The translations under genes and the position numbers were made by a program. From Desulfuromonadales bacterium (GTDB taxonomy: Bacteria; Desulfobacterota; Desulfuromonadia; Desulfuromonadales; JAGXHI01), in contig JAGXHI010000049.1 of NCBI GenBank assembly GCA_024636295.1, forward strand, positions 2,573 to 66,572: 64,000 nt of DNA, written 5' to 3'. How positions within the stretch are numbered: position 1 is the stretch's first letter; each line of letters opens with the position of its first letter. Under the pieces are notes generated by a model, which did not search any database, was not told the origin of the DNA, and saw only the letters and a program-made list of their open reading frames with translations. Below, piece after piece: positions 9,869 to 19,922 of the stretch.

Positions 9869-11218
9869 CTAATCCGGCACCGCCTGTCCCAGCACCTCCA
9901 TCACGTGCAGCACCTCCTGTGACATGCCGCTCCGGTTCACGCCCCAGGCGAGCTGGAGATGGCAGCCGGGGTTGGCCGTCGCCAGGATTTCGGCTCCCGT
10001 CGATTGCACATTTCCGAGCTTTCGGTCGAGAACCTGCCGGCTTTCCTCCGAAAACTTCAGGCCCCAGGTCGCCGCGGACCCGCAGCACCAGCTTGCTTCC
10101 GACATCTCCCGCAACTCCACCCCCGGCACGGCCTTCAGCAGCTCTCGCGGTTGGGCTGAAATGCCCTGAGCATGACAGAGGTGACATGGCTCATGGTAGG
10201 TGACCGTTTTTCGCACTTCGCGCAGGTCCTCGGTGCGCAATCCGGCCTCACCAAGAAATTCGGATACATCCCGCACCTTACTTCGAAACAATGCCAGTTT
10301 TTCACGATCCGCTTGTCCCTCCAGGATTTCCTCGTACTCCTTGAGGGCCGCTCCGCATCCGGCGCAGTCGGTGACGATGGCGTCGACATCCTCCGCCAGG
10401 AACAGCTCAAGATTGAAGAGGGCCAGTTCCCGGGCTGTCTGTCGATCCCCTTCAGACAGATGGGGCGCGCCGCAGCATTTGGCGGCCTTTGGTGTGATCA
10501 CGTCGAATCCCTGGTGGGCCAGAACCCGAACGGTCTGCCGGGAGACATGCGGATAAATCAGGGTCATGACGCACCCGAGAAAAAATCCGATCCGTCCCCG
10601 CTTCTCCCCCCGCGCCGAAAGCATTTCAGGAAGCTGAGGCCTAAGCGGTTTTTCCAGGGGCGGCAGCATCCCCTCAGCTTTTTCCATCCAGTCGGGTCCG
10701 AGCTTGAGAACCCCAAGATGACGAACAAGCCACTGCAGGCCAAGCCGTTGGTAGAGGCGGGTGGGAATCATTGATTTTTCAAGGCGTTCGGGAGATACGA
10801 GCATCTTCTCCAGAATAAAGGTGCGGAACGCATTCCCCATGGCGCCGGGAGGATAAAAGGCGTGCGACTGACTGCGGCAGACCTCCATGATTTCACCGGC
10901 CTTGACCCCGGAGGGGCAGGCGGTCGTGCAGGCGCGGCAATCCAGGCAGAAAAACGCCTCTTCTCTGACGCCCCTGGTGAATTCCAGTTTTTTCTCCGCC
11001 ACAGCCCGGGCCAGCGCCACCCTTCCACGCGGATTGGAGCGCTCCCGTCCGGTCAGTGCGTAAGTCGGACAGGTCGGCAGACAGAAACCACAGCGCATAC
11101 ACTGGAGCATATCCTTGTAACCTGGCGCATCCTTGGATTTAAAGTTGCCGAGAGTTTCAGGGCTTGACACGAAAGCCTTCCTCCACATGCTGCCGGGTTT
11201 CTGGATCACCCTCATCAA
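9869..11218 (-). CDS. (Fe-S)-binding subunit of a glycolate/D-lactate oxidase-type enzyme (GlcF-like)
   Basis: 449 aa with CMRCGFCLPTCPTY and CLDCRACTTACP cluster motifs, then two Cys-rich CCG-type regions. The listed start overlaps the upstream gene by 62 nt, so the true start is uncertain. Confidence 0.85.
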   Translation of the reverse strand: MMRVIQKPGSMWRKAFVSSPETLGNFKSKDAPGYKDMLQCMRCGFCLPTCPTYALTGRERSNPRGRVALARAVAEKKLEFTRGVREEAFFCLDCRACTTACPSGVKAGEIMEVCRSQSHAFYPPGAMGNAFRTFILEKMLVSPERLEKSMIPTRLYQRLGLQWLVRHLGVLKLGPDWMEKAEGMLPPLEKPLRPQLPEMLSARGEKRGRIGFFLGCVMTLIYPHVSRQTVRVLAHQGFDVITPKAAKCCGAPHLSEGDRQTARELALFNLELFLAEDVDAIVTDCAGCGAALKEYEEILEGQADREKLALFRSKVRDVSEFLGEAGLRTEDLREVRKTVTYHEPCHLCHAQGISAQPRELLKAVPGVELREMSEASWCCGSAATWGLKFSEESRQVLDRKLGNVQSTGAEILATANPGCHLQLAWGVNRSGMSQEVLHVMEVLGQAVPD

Positions 11219-12590
11219 AGATTTTTCCGGGATTCAGAACTCCTTCGGGGTCGAAGGCATTCTTTATTCTTTTCATCACCCGCACTCCACCTTCACCGAT
11301 CTGCCGGGCCAGATATTCCTTTTTTGCCAGGCCGATGCCGTGCTCGCCAGAAACGGTGCCGCCCCAGGAAAGGACTTTTTCATAAAGGTCATTGTAGAAG
11401 GCATGCGCCCGGGCCATTTCGTCATGGTCCCGCTCGTCGCACAGGACTGTCGGATGCAGATTTCCGTCGCCGGCATGACCGAAGGTCCCGACCTTGAGGC
11501 GATACTTTTCTGTCAGACGTTCGATTTCGCTGAAGGTCTCCGCCAGACGGGAGCGGGGCACGGTGGCGTCTTCAAGAAGAGTGGTCGGGGAAACCCGAGC
11601 CAGCGCCGAGAGCGCCGTACGCCGCGCCGCCGCAAGGTCCGCGGCCTGCGAAGCATCCCGGGCAAGGTGAATCTCGGCGGCATTGACCTGCTCCAGGATG
11701 GTACGCACCCCTTCAGCCTCCTCGGCCACCGGAGCGGGATGGCCGTCCACCTCGATCAGCAGCAGAGCCGCCATTTGTCGGGGAAGACCGATTTTGACGT
11801 AGTCTTCCACGCAATTGATAGTGGCACGGTCCATGATCTCCATGGTCGAAGGGATAATCTTCGCTGCAATGATCCGGGAAACCGCCTCCCCCGCCGTACG
11901 CACATCGTCGAAGTAGGCCAGAAAGGTCCTCTTGTCCCGGGGAGGGGGGACCAACTTGACGGTGATCTCCGTCACGATCCCCAGCGTCCCTTCACTGCCC
12001 ACCAGCAGGTCCTTGAACCCGTAGCCGGCGACATCCTTGACGCTCTTGCCGCCGGTGGAAATCACGCTCAGATCCGGCAGTACGCCCTTAAGCGCCATGA
12101 CATAGTCCCGGGTTACACCATATTTCAGGCCACGCAGCCCTCCTGCATTTTCCGCCACATTGCCGCCCAGCGTCGAGACCTTCTGTGATCCGGGGTCGGG
12201 AGGATAGAAGAGCCCTCTGGCAGCCACGGCATTGAACAGATCGAGGGTAATCACACCGGCTTCGGCAGTCGCGGTAAGGTTTTCCTCATCGATTTCCAGA
12301 ATGCGGTTCATCCGGGTAAGGCCAAGCACCATCCCTCCCCGCACAGGGACGCTGCCTCCGGAAAGCCCCGTCCCGGAGCCTCGTGGTACGATGGGCAGAC
12401 CCTCTCGGCAAGCGATCTCCATGGCGGAAATCACCTCTTCCGTCGTCTTGGGATAAACCACCACCTGGGGCAGGTGATGCACACCCGGAGTCGCATCATA
12501 GCCAAGGGTCAGAAGGTCCTCCTTTTCATGGAGAACGTTTCGGGCGCCCAGTTTTTCTTGCAGGAGTCCGATTATCGCTTTGGAAATCAT
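11157..12590 (-). CDS. FAD-linked oxidase (GlcD / D-lactate dehydrogenase family)
   Basis: It has an FAD-binding PCMH-type domain (PIVPRGSGTGLSGGSVP) and a C-terminal oxidase domain (GTVSGEHGIGLAKKEYL). I chose the ATG at 12590 (MISKAIIG...) because the longer ORF-track start overlaps the usp gene. Confidence 0.9.
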   Translation of the reverse strand: MISKAIIGLLQEKLGARNVLHEKEDLLTLGYDATPGVHHLPQVVVYPKTTEEVISAMEIACREGLPIVPRGSGTGLSGGSVPVRGGMVLGLTRMNRILEIDEENLTATAEAGVITLDLFNAVAARGLFYPPDPGSQKVSTLGGNVAENAGGLRGLKYGVTRDYVMALKGVLPDLSVISTGGKSVKDVAGYGFKDLLVGSEGTLGIVTEITVKLVPPPRDKRTFLAYFDDVRTAGEAVSRIIAAKIIPSTMEIMDRATINCVEDYVKIGLPRQMAALLLIEVDGHPAPVAEEAEGVRTILEQVNAAEIHLARDASQAADLAAARRTALSALARVSPTTLLEDATVPRSRLAETFSEIERLTEKYRLKVGTFGHAGDGNLHPTVLCDERDHDEMARAHAFYNDLYEKVLSWGGTVSGEHGIGLAKKEYLARQIGEGGVRVMKRIKNAFDPEGVLNPGKIFDEGDPETRQHVEEGFRVKP

Positions 12591-12597
12591 GGGCGGT

Positions 12598-13116
12598 TTA
12601 TTCCTTTTCAAACCCTTCCTCATGATAGCCATCGGGAATCCGGACCAGGAGAACGGGAATGGTTGCATTGTGCATCACCCGGGTGGCGGTATGTCCCAGC
12701 ATCACCGCTCCGATGACGGTGTGACGGTGAGAGCCGACGATGATGAGATCGGCGTTGGTCGCCTTTGCCTGGTTGACGATCTCCAGATGGGGTTCCCCCT
12801 GGATCACCCGGATTTCACTGACCAGATCTTCTCCGCCCTCGGCATGAACCGCCTCGATTTCGCAGAGGCGCTTCACCCGCTCCTTGATCTTCTGTTTGGC
12901 GGATTCATGAGCTCGTCTCTGGATGTCCTCGGCCTGCCCCTGGGACATGTGCAGCTCCACAAGGTGTTGCCCGAAAGGATACAGGGCTTCCATCACATGA
13001 AGGATGATGATTTTAGCGTCATTTTTTTGCGCCTCACTCAGAGCATACCGAAAAACATAGGGCGCGCCGGACCCCAGTGCGGTTGCATACAATATGGTGT
13101 TGATTTTTGGCAGCAT
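12598..13116 (-). CDS. universal stress protein (UspA family)
   Basis: 172 aa. ILYATALGSGAPYVF...IIILHVME...ADLIIVGSHRHTVIGAVMLGHTATRVMHNATIPVLLV matches the Usp fold signature. Confidence 0.85.
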   Translation of the reverse strand: MLPKINTILYATALGSGAPYVFRYALSEAQKNDAKIIILHVMEALYPFGQHLVELHMSQGQAEDIQRRAHESAKQKIKERVKRLCEIEAVHAEGGEDLVSEIRVIQGEPHLEIVNQAKATNADLIIVGSHRHTVIGAVMLGHTATRVMHNATIPVLLVRIPDGYHEEGFEKE

Positions 13117-13516
13117 GCTTTATCCTCCGGAAGATATGGACATTAGCGGTCGCAAGACAGATCCCGAGGTCAACTGATGGTACCCGAGATGTGCTCATGG
13201 TCGCAAGTCCGGTGACTTTAATGATCACGACTGGAGCAATGCCCCTGGATGCTCATATGCAGTTTTCGGGATGCGCCACTTCCTTGAAGAAAAAACGTGC
13301 CCGAATGCCTGAGCATCCCTTACTACATCGCCACCACCTTACAAAAGAATAGCATGTCGAACGTCTCTTCGCCCGGAAAAGCCCAAAATCCGGATGATCC
13401 CAGGGATGTACGGCGGTATCAGCGCAGGCAGCCCTTGGGTGTCATACGGAATATACAGTCAAAAAATCGCGGGATTGCCAACGGCATTCATCGGAAACAA
13501 GCCGGCTGAAGATTAA

Positions 13517-15937
13517 TCACAAGGGTTCAAAGAATCCATGTTCTGCCTTCGACAACAGTTTGAATGAAGCAATTAAAACAACAAGATAACAGAAAGCAGC
13601 AGCCAGAAGAGCTTCGTTATACCCATACTTGATGGCCAGAATAATCGTAAGGGTCGATCCAAAAACGGAACTTGCCCCATTGATGGCAAGCATCCAGGGA
13701 ATGATTTCGCCCAGACCACGCAGTTTCATAAACCTTATGGCAACAGGGAGAGGGAATCCCAATGCGAAGCCCAGGGGAAAGAGAAGAAAAACAGTAATCA
13801 TCATTCTGATCGAAATCGAATTGGCGTTGATGTGATTAAATATCGATGACAGGCTGAAAATATAAATAAGGGTTAAAAAAATGATGGCACTACATGAAAC
13901 TATCAAATATCTATGCAAGGCATCAGACTTTAGCCGGCCACTTGTAAGGCTGCCAAGGCCCGCTCCTACCAAAATTGTGAAAATAATGGTCGACATGGAA
14001 AATATGGGGTTACCCAAAACAAGCATGAATCTCTGAATCATGGTGATCTCCAAAATCATGAACCCCGCACCAATCATCAAAAAATAAAGACTGAAACCAT
14101 AAATAAGTTTTAAACTATAACCATGTGAATAATATTTATTTCCATTTGTTTTTTTAAAAAGATTCCCCAAGAGAGGTAAAAATCCGAAAAGTGAAATAAC
14201 TGAAATAGATACGTAAAATATATTTACCAGTGAATCAGGGAGATTCCGGGACAGTTTGTAAAAAAATGGGCTAAGGTCTGTGACTGGTTTTATATCGTAG
14301 CCTCTTCCATCTACTTCTTTAATAAGCTCCTGGAGTGTTCTTTGATCATTTTCCAGTCCAAGAAGCATATTGTTCAAGTAAGGCATTTTTACGTGGGGAA
14401 AAAAAGATGCCCCTGGGATGAACCAATTTTGTGCGAGTGCAGAATTGAGAATTTTTACTGATTCTTCCTTCGCGAATTCTTGCTTCTTGATTACTAGAAC
14501 TGGATAATCGTAAGATCCTAAAACATATAGATGCCGCATGGCTGCGGAATTTGAAATGCCATTATCTTGAAAAACTGCGAGAGTGGTCGTGAACAATTTT
14601 AGCAACTCTAAATCATTGTGGGTAACTATAACAATGTGGCCTTCACTATTAGTACGGTCCAGATATTCGGAAATGGCCTCGCGAGTATACAAAAAATTTT
14701 CTGTAAGCGCATAACTCCCCAGACCCTGACTGGTATTGGTCACGGGCAGGCTGAACATGATCAAATCGTATTTTCCGCTACTTTGTCTTAAAAAGTTTCT
14801 TCCTTCACTTATATTTAGACTAACATCTCCAGTGTTATAAATATTGCCATTATAATTGGAATACTTTTCCACCATACTGACAATATCCGGGTTGATTTCC
14901 ACCGCAGTTATTTTCTGAAAACCAGCCATTTTAGCTAAAAGAATATCCCTGCCTCCACCAGGTCCGATAACTAAAGTATTACCTTTTAACCGATCATTTA
15001 TAACGTCCAGGGGGAGATAGCCTGGAAATTCTTTTTTGAGGTTTTGAATTGCTGGATTTGGGTCCTTGAAATCTCCATTAAACCGATACATGGGCATGCC
15101 CGCGGTTCCATCCACATAAATATCCATAAGTTGCGGATAATCTTCAAAACCTACCAGGTCCACCCGGCCCAGGGCGCCGCCCCTGGATTCCAGAATTTTT
15201 CCATTAAAAGTATGCAGCGCATCATAGATTTCTTTCTGGGGATTTTTGCCTGCTGAAATCTCCGGCAGATTCAAAACATATATGCTGACCGAAAGCACAA
15301 TGCAGATCATCACTCCCCTGCCAAGCGAAACTTTATACCTCTTTAAGGTGATTAATTTCTTGATCAGGAAAAGAGTTATGACAACCAGAGGGGTGCTTGT
15401 TATAACAAAAATTACCTGATATATATCAAACCTATTCAGCAGGTAAATTATTCCTATACATCCGAAAGCCGCTCCAAGTAAATCGGCTCCGTATAGCTGC
15501 CCACTTACTGATGGAAACGTGTAGAAAAGCCTTGCCCAATAAACGCCTCCGATTAAAAACGGAAATATAAAAATACATGAATAAATTAAAATATTATTAT
15601 TGAATATCTGGTGGTTATTTACGTAAACTGAAGCGATATTGGATAATGCCAAAAAGGCATAAAACAGATAGGCTAATTTTACTAAAATAGCGATAGGATT
15701 GTATTTGTTCAGAAATTCGGTCATAAGATAGGCTAACAAACTCCCCATGCTTAAACCAAATAGTGCCAATGATACAATAACAAATACAAAGTGGTAGGTC
15801 AGGACGATGGATAGAAAACGCTGCAGAACTATTTGAAGGGAAATAATGCTGGCCGAAACAAGAAATATGCTGACAAGCAAAAACAGGTAATATTCTTTTG
15901 GCTTTTGACTAGATTCAGTGGCCATAAATCCTGCCAT
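13517..15937 (-). CDS. fused polytopic membrane (MFS-like) / spermidine synthase-like protein
   Basis: 806 aa with many TM segments at both ends. The central domain is an aminopropyl/methyltransferase-like fold (LVIGPGGGRDILLAKMAGFQKITAVEINPDIV ... YDLIMFSLP). The gene is strikingly AT-rich compared with its neighbours. Confidence 0.8.
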   Translation of the reverse strand: MAGFMATESSQKPKEYYLFLLVSIFLVSASIISLQIVLQRFLSIVLTYHFVFVIVSLALFGLSMGSLLAYLMTEFLNKYNPIAILVKLAYLFYAFLALSNIASVYVNNHQIFNNNILIYSCIFIFPFLIGGVYWARLFYTFPSVSGQLYGADLLGAAFGCIGIIYLLNRFDIYQVIFVITSTPLVVITLFLIKKLITLKRYKVSLGRGVMICIVLSVSIYVLNLPEISAGKNPQKEIYDALHTFNGKILESRGGALGRVDLVGFEDYPQLMDIYVDGTAGMPMYRFNGDFKDPNPAIQNLKKEFPGYLPLDVINDRLKGNTLVIGPGGGRDILLAKMAGFQKITAVEINPDIVSMVEKYSNYNGNIYNTGDVSLNISEGRNFLRQSSGKYDLIMFSLPVTNTSQGLGSYALTENFLYTREAISEYLDRTNSEGHIVIVTHNDLELLKLFTTTLAVFQDNGISNSAAMRHLYVLGSYDYPVLVIKKQEFAKEESVKILNSALAQNWFIPGASFFPHVKMPYLNNMLLGLENDQRTLQELIKEVDGRGYDIKPVTDLSPFFYKLSRNLPDSLVNIFYVSISVISLFGFLPLLGNLFKKTNGNKYYSHGYSLKLIYGFSLYFLMIGAGFMILEITMIQRFMLVLGNPIFSMSTIIFTILVGAGLGSLTSGRLKSDALHRYLIVSCSAIIFLTLIYIFSLSSIFNHINANSISIRMMITVFLLFPLGFALGFPLPVAIRFMKLRGLGEIIPWMLAINGASSVFGSTLTIILAIKYGYNEALLAAAFCYLVVLIASFKLLSKAEHGFFEPL

Positions 15938-16096
15938 CGATCAAGAAAAGAACATTGAAGGGCAGCCATAAGCACCCAGTGCCCTGAACAGGAGATCTGG
16001 AGACAAAGAACCTGAATGCCTGCAATTGCAGGGCCTTTTGGTGCGAATCGCATTTAATCGCACTAAAGGACCCTGGCTGAATGTTCTCACGATTTT

Positions 16097-17431
16097 CTAG
16101 CCGATCAGGCTGGCAAGGTAGGTGATAATGGGGGGATAGAAGATGCACACCATAAGTCCGATCAACTGCAGTACGATGAAAGGCACAATCCCCCTGTATA
16201 TCTGGCCGAGGTTTATCACGCTCGCATCCACACTGCCCTTGAGATAAAACAGGGAGTAGCCCACGGGAGGAGTCAGGAAAGACATCTGCAGGTTAATGGC
16301 GAAAATCACGACGAACCACGTTATGTCAAATCCCAGCTGCTCGGCAATGGGCAGAAAGATGGGAAAGCAGATAAAGATGATGCCGATCCAGTCGATCATG
16401 AATCCCATCAGGAAAACGATGAGCATCATCATGAAGAAAATTCCCCACCTGCCCAGCCCCTCCAGGCTCATGATGAAATCAGTGACCACATCGCCACCGC
16501 CCAGGCCCAGGAAGACTCCGGTAAAGATCGAAGCCCCGATGATGGTGGCCATGACCATAGCGTTGGTTATCAGCGCCTGCCTCAGACTGATATAGAGAGT
16601 TTTCCAGGAAAATTTTCCGTAGAGGATCATCAGCACAAAAGCGATGAAGGCTCCCACTCCGGAAGCTTCCGTGGGAGTGGCTACACCCGTCCAGATGGTG
16701 CCCAGCACCCCCAGGATAAGAATGATGGGCGGGATGAAATTGACCAGCAGCATGCGCAGCAGCTGAGCCGTGGAGACCTCGCCTCTTTCCTGGGCGCTCA
16801 AGGCAGGGGCCTTCTCCGGGTGACGAAAAGAGATGAACAGTACGTACATAAAGTACAACATCCCGAGAAGCACCCCGGGAAGCAGGGCTCCGGCAAAGAG
16901 CCTGCCTACCGATTGTCCGGACTGGTCCGCCATCAGGATGAGCATGATGCTGGGCGGGATCAATATGCCCAAAGTGCCCCCGGCTGTGACGACCCCTGCG
17001 GCAAGTTTCTTGTCGTAGCCATACTTCATCATCACAGGGACCGACATCAGGGCCATGCTGACCACACTGGCGCCAACAACACCTGTGGTGGCGGCAAAGA
17101 CGATGCTGAGAATGGTTACCGCAAGGGCTACGCCTCCATTTATTTTACCGAACAGGTGCATCATGGAGGTGAACAGGCCTTCGGCTATCCCGGACTTATC
17201 CAGAAAGACCGCCATCAAAACAAAAAGAGGAATGGCTATCAGGATCTGGTTGGTCAAAGTGGTATAGGTGCGGGCTACGATCATGTACAACGCACCAGGC
17301 CCCCACCCCAGAAGGCCGACCATGGCGCCCACCCCACCCAGGACAAAAGCCAAAGGGTGCCCGACGAGAAGACCCAGCAACATCAGGGAAAACATCAAAA
17401 ATACTGCAAATTCAGGGGTCAATTCGATCAT
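16097..17431 (-). CDS. TRAP transporter large permease (DctM family)
   Basis: 444-aa polytopic membrane protein of DctM-like sequence. It overlaps the small permease gene by 4 nt. Confidence 0.9.
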   Translation of the reverse strand: MIELTPEFAVFLMFSLMLLGLLVGHPLAFVLGGVGAMVGLLGWGPGALYMIVARTYTTLTNQILIAIPLFVLMAVFLDKSGIAEGLFTSMMHLFGKINGGVALAVTILSIVFAATTGVVGASVVSMALMSVPVMMKYGYDKKLAAGVVTAGGTLGILIPPSIMLILMADQSGQSVGRLFAGALLPGVLLGMLYFMYVLFISFRHPEKAPALSAQERGEVSTAQLLRMLLVNFIPPIILILGVLGTIWTGVATPTEASGVGAFIAFVLMILYGKFSWKTLYISLRQALITNAMVMATIIGASIFTGVFLGLGGGDVVTDFIMSLEGLGRWGIFFMMMLIVFLMGFMIDWIGIIFICFPIFLPIAEQLGFDITWFVVIFAINLQMSFLTPPVGYSLFYLKGSVDASVINLGQIYRGIVPFIVLQLIGLMVCIFYPPIITYLASLIG

Positions 17432-17949
17432 AACTCTTTTCCTTTAACGGCGATCACGATGTTCCGGATCAGTTGCGCCAGCCCGATTAAAAGCAGCAGG
17501 GCCGCCCCTACGGGGATGAGTGTTTTTACTGGATAAATAATGGGGCTCCACGCCGTGGAGGCGGTTTCTTTCATTGCCCAGGACTGGGCCGCAAAGTTGG
17601 TGCCGAAACTCAGGAAAATGTAACAATACAGCAGATAGAAAGGGAAAAAAGAAATGATATCGGCTATCGCTTTTCCTCTACGTGAAAGGCGGTCATAGAT
17701 AAAGTCGATATTGACATGTCCATGGTGGAGTTGAGTATAAGCCAGCGCGAGCATGGTTACCGCAGCCAGGAGAAAGCCCGACATTTCAAAGGTCCAGATA
17801 GTGGGGCTGCCCAGGATTCTTCTGGTAATGACTTCAAAGACGGCCAGAAACATGAGAAGCATCAGGAGCCAACATACAATTCTGCCTGTCCATTCGATAA
17901 ATACTTCTACACCGTGCACTACATTTTTCAAAAGTGCCATCACACACAC
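17428..17949 (-). CDS. TRAP transporter small permease (DctQ family)
   Basis: 173 aa with 4 TM segments, placed between the binding-protein and DctM genes. Confidence 0.85.
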   Translation of the reverse strand: MCVMALLKNVVHGVEVFIEWTGRIVCWLLMLLMFLAVFEVITRRILGSPTIWTFEMSGFLLAAVTMLALAYTQLHHGHVNIDFIYDRLSRRGKAIADIISFFPFYLLYCYIFLSFGTNFAAQSWAMKETASTAWSPIIYPVKTLIPVGAALLLLIGLAQLIRNIVIAVKGKEL

Positions 17950-18313
17950 CTGTCTATGAGTTGACTATCAGGGATTCCCGACAGGAATTCCCGGGGAAGT
18001 TCGTTTGTTTTGGATGAACAGGACCTCGTCTCGTATCATTTGGCCCCGAATACTTGAATTCCTGCTCCGGAGGGGATGGTCGCATTCGCCCCGATGATAT
18101 AGCACAATCCGCTGCTGTAGATCAAGGGGACGCGGAATGTTGGAGCGGAAGCCTTTCTTCCATCACGATCAGCGGCAGCCGTGAATGGGCCCGATTACAT
18201 CTTTTGATAAAACGTCTGGTCTCATTACATGATGCCGGGGTGCAGATCGGCATATTACAATCAGGCGCCGGCCGCCAAGGCGGCCGGCACTCGATTTTAT
18301 TTAGACTGCAAAT

Positions 18314-19537
18314 TTATTTAACGGGCATCGGGTTAGAGATGTATTTCGTTCCAGGAGTCCAGAATTTCTGCGCTGCCATTCTTTTTTGCACATCTTCCTG
18401 GACTTTCAATACATCTTCAAGGACGCCGTGCTTTTTGGCGATTGCTTTGATCTTTTCATAGGTCTCATCCAGCCCGGAAGGCGTCCGGCCGTACATGAAA
18501 GGCTGCTGGATGTTTCTCCATATCTGCATATTCTTGAAGAAGTCCAGTTGGGAGAAGGCTATTTTGGCAAAGTCGGGATTCTTCTCGGCATCCTCGATCA
18601 TGTATCGCCAGGCAGCCTGCTGGAGTTTTTCAAGCACCTCATCGTTCAACCGGGTAATCTCCGTTCCCGCCTCAATAAATTTGTTGGTGTATTTACCGGA
18701 GCCGTATTCAAAGTAGGTCCAGCTCCACATCATGGAGGCCATGGCCGCTTCCTTGAATTTGAACTTGGACATATCGGACAGGCCGTCATAGGATTTTTTG
18801 TTGATCATGACGCCCCAGACCGGACCCGGTTGATGCCAGCCGGGCAGAACCCAGAATTTCGAGATTTCCTGAAAACCCATGACCCAATCGACTTCCGGCA
18901 CCGAAAACTCACCGGCATCAATCGTTCCCCTCTGAATGGCCATATAGACTTCGCCGCCCGGCATGAATACCGCGGATCCACCGACGTCCGCCAGCATCCT
19001 GGCCTGCACCCGGCCGCACTGGCGCATTTTGACGCCTTTATAATCTTCCAGCGTCTTGATGGGCTTATTCGAGCGCTGACCGCTCTCAGGCCCTGTTATT
19101 GCGTGGGGGATCCATACGATATTGTACTTGCCGTACAGTTCCTGAGCCAGCTCCAGGCCGCCGCCCTGCCAGTACCAGATCATGTAGTCCGCCGGGGTAA
19201 AGCCCATGGGCACGGAAGTGATCAGGCTGAAAGCGCTGTTCTTCCCGTCCCAGTAGCTGGGCCAGTCAGTAGCCATGTCTACAACACCGTTGGCTACGGC
19301 ATCGAATACCTCGAGGGTCCCGACCAGACTGCCGCCATCATTGTAATTGATATTGACTTCATCTTCACAAAGAACATCCACCAGACTCGTGTAGTATTTG
19401 TCGGGTTTGTTCAGCTGGATGGAAGCCGGCCAGATCGATTGAAACCGCCATGTCTTGGCCATCACAGAAGTGCTGCTTGTAATAAGAAAAACCATTGCAA
19501 GTAGAATGTTGCCGAAAACCAGCATACGCTTTTTCAT
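18314..19537 (-). CDS. TRAP transporter substrate-binding protein (DctP family)
   Basis: 407 aa with a signal peptide (MKKRMLVFGNILLAMVFLITSSTSVMA) and a periplasmic binding-protein body. It is the first gene of the TRAP set. Confidence 0.85.
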   Translation of the reverse strand: MKKRMLVFGNILLAMVFLITSSTSVMAKTWRFQSIWPASIQLNKPDKYYTSLVDVLCEDEVNINYNDGGSLVGTLEVFDAVANGVVDMATDWPSYWDGKNSAFSLITSVPMGFTPADYMIWYWQGGGLELAQELYGKYNIVWIPHAITGPESGQRSNKPIKTLEDYKGVKMRQCGRVQARMLADVGGSAVFMPGGEVYMAIQRGTIDAGEFSVPEVDWVMGFQEISKFWVLPGWHQPGPVWGVMINKKSYDGLSDMSKFKFKEAAMASMMWSWTYFEYGSGKYTNKFIEAGTEITRLNDEVLEKLQQAAWRYMIEDAEKNPDFAKIAFSQLDFFKNMQIWRNIQQPFMYGRTPSGLDETYEKIKAIAKKHGVLEDVLKVQEDVQKRMAAQKFWTPGTKYISNPMPVK

Positions 19538-19922
19538 AACTTGCTCCTCTATGAGAGTTTAACATTCCCCGGCTATCTGCCCTCGGTGGCCGGGCGCCAG
19601 ACTTTGCCTCTTGCTGAAGACTTGGGCAGGTGAAGTCGTTAATCCCCCTTTTAGCTTGAGATTGTTTTGATGAATTTCGTCATTTTGTGCACCACCTTCA
19701 GGTTTTTCCCCTGCTTACTCCCAACCCGGACCAGGAAAGGGATTTTGTCAATTCCCAGGAATCCGAAATTTTATATCAATGTTTTACAGCATACATTTTC
19801 ATCAATCAATGTCAATGATCCCATATGCTGCCGTTCCACTGATACATCTTTAAATTCAAACGGTTATCATTTTTTTCAGGAGTACATCTCTGCAATCGGG
19901 ACATATAAACAAACGTTCTTTT

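Noticed and set aside
13178-13185. TGGTACCC upstream of usp/glcD, considered as a possible GntR/FadR-type operator (TGGT...ACCA).
   Set aside because: It is a half-length match with no spacer and no second half-site. That is insufficient to call.
16016-16030. The palindrome CCTGCAATTGCAGG and the nearby GTGCGA-N11-TCGCAC between dctM and the AT-rich gene, considered as terminators.
   Set aside because: The stems are short (5-6 bp) and there is no U tract in the orientation of either upstream gene.
19538-19922. A sigma-54 promoter for the TRAP transporter operon downstream of the enhancer-binding protein gene.
   Set aside because: I scanned the minus strand by hand for GG-N10-GC with a TGGCAC/TTGC-like context. 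I found only off-by-one spacings or poor -12 elements (for example GGGTTGGGAGTAAGCA), so none is reported.
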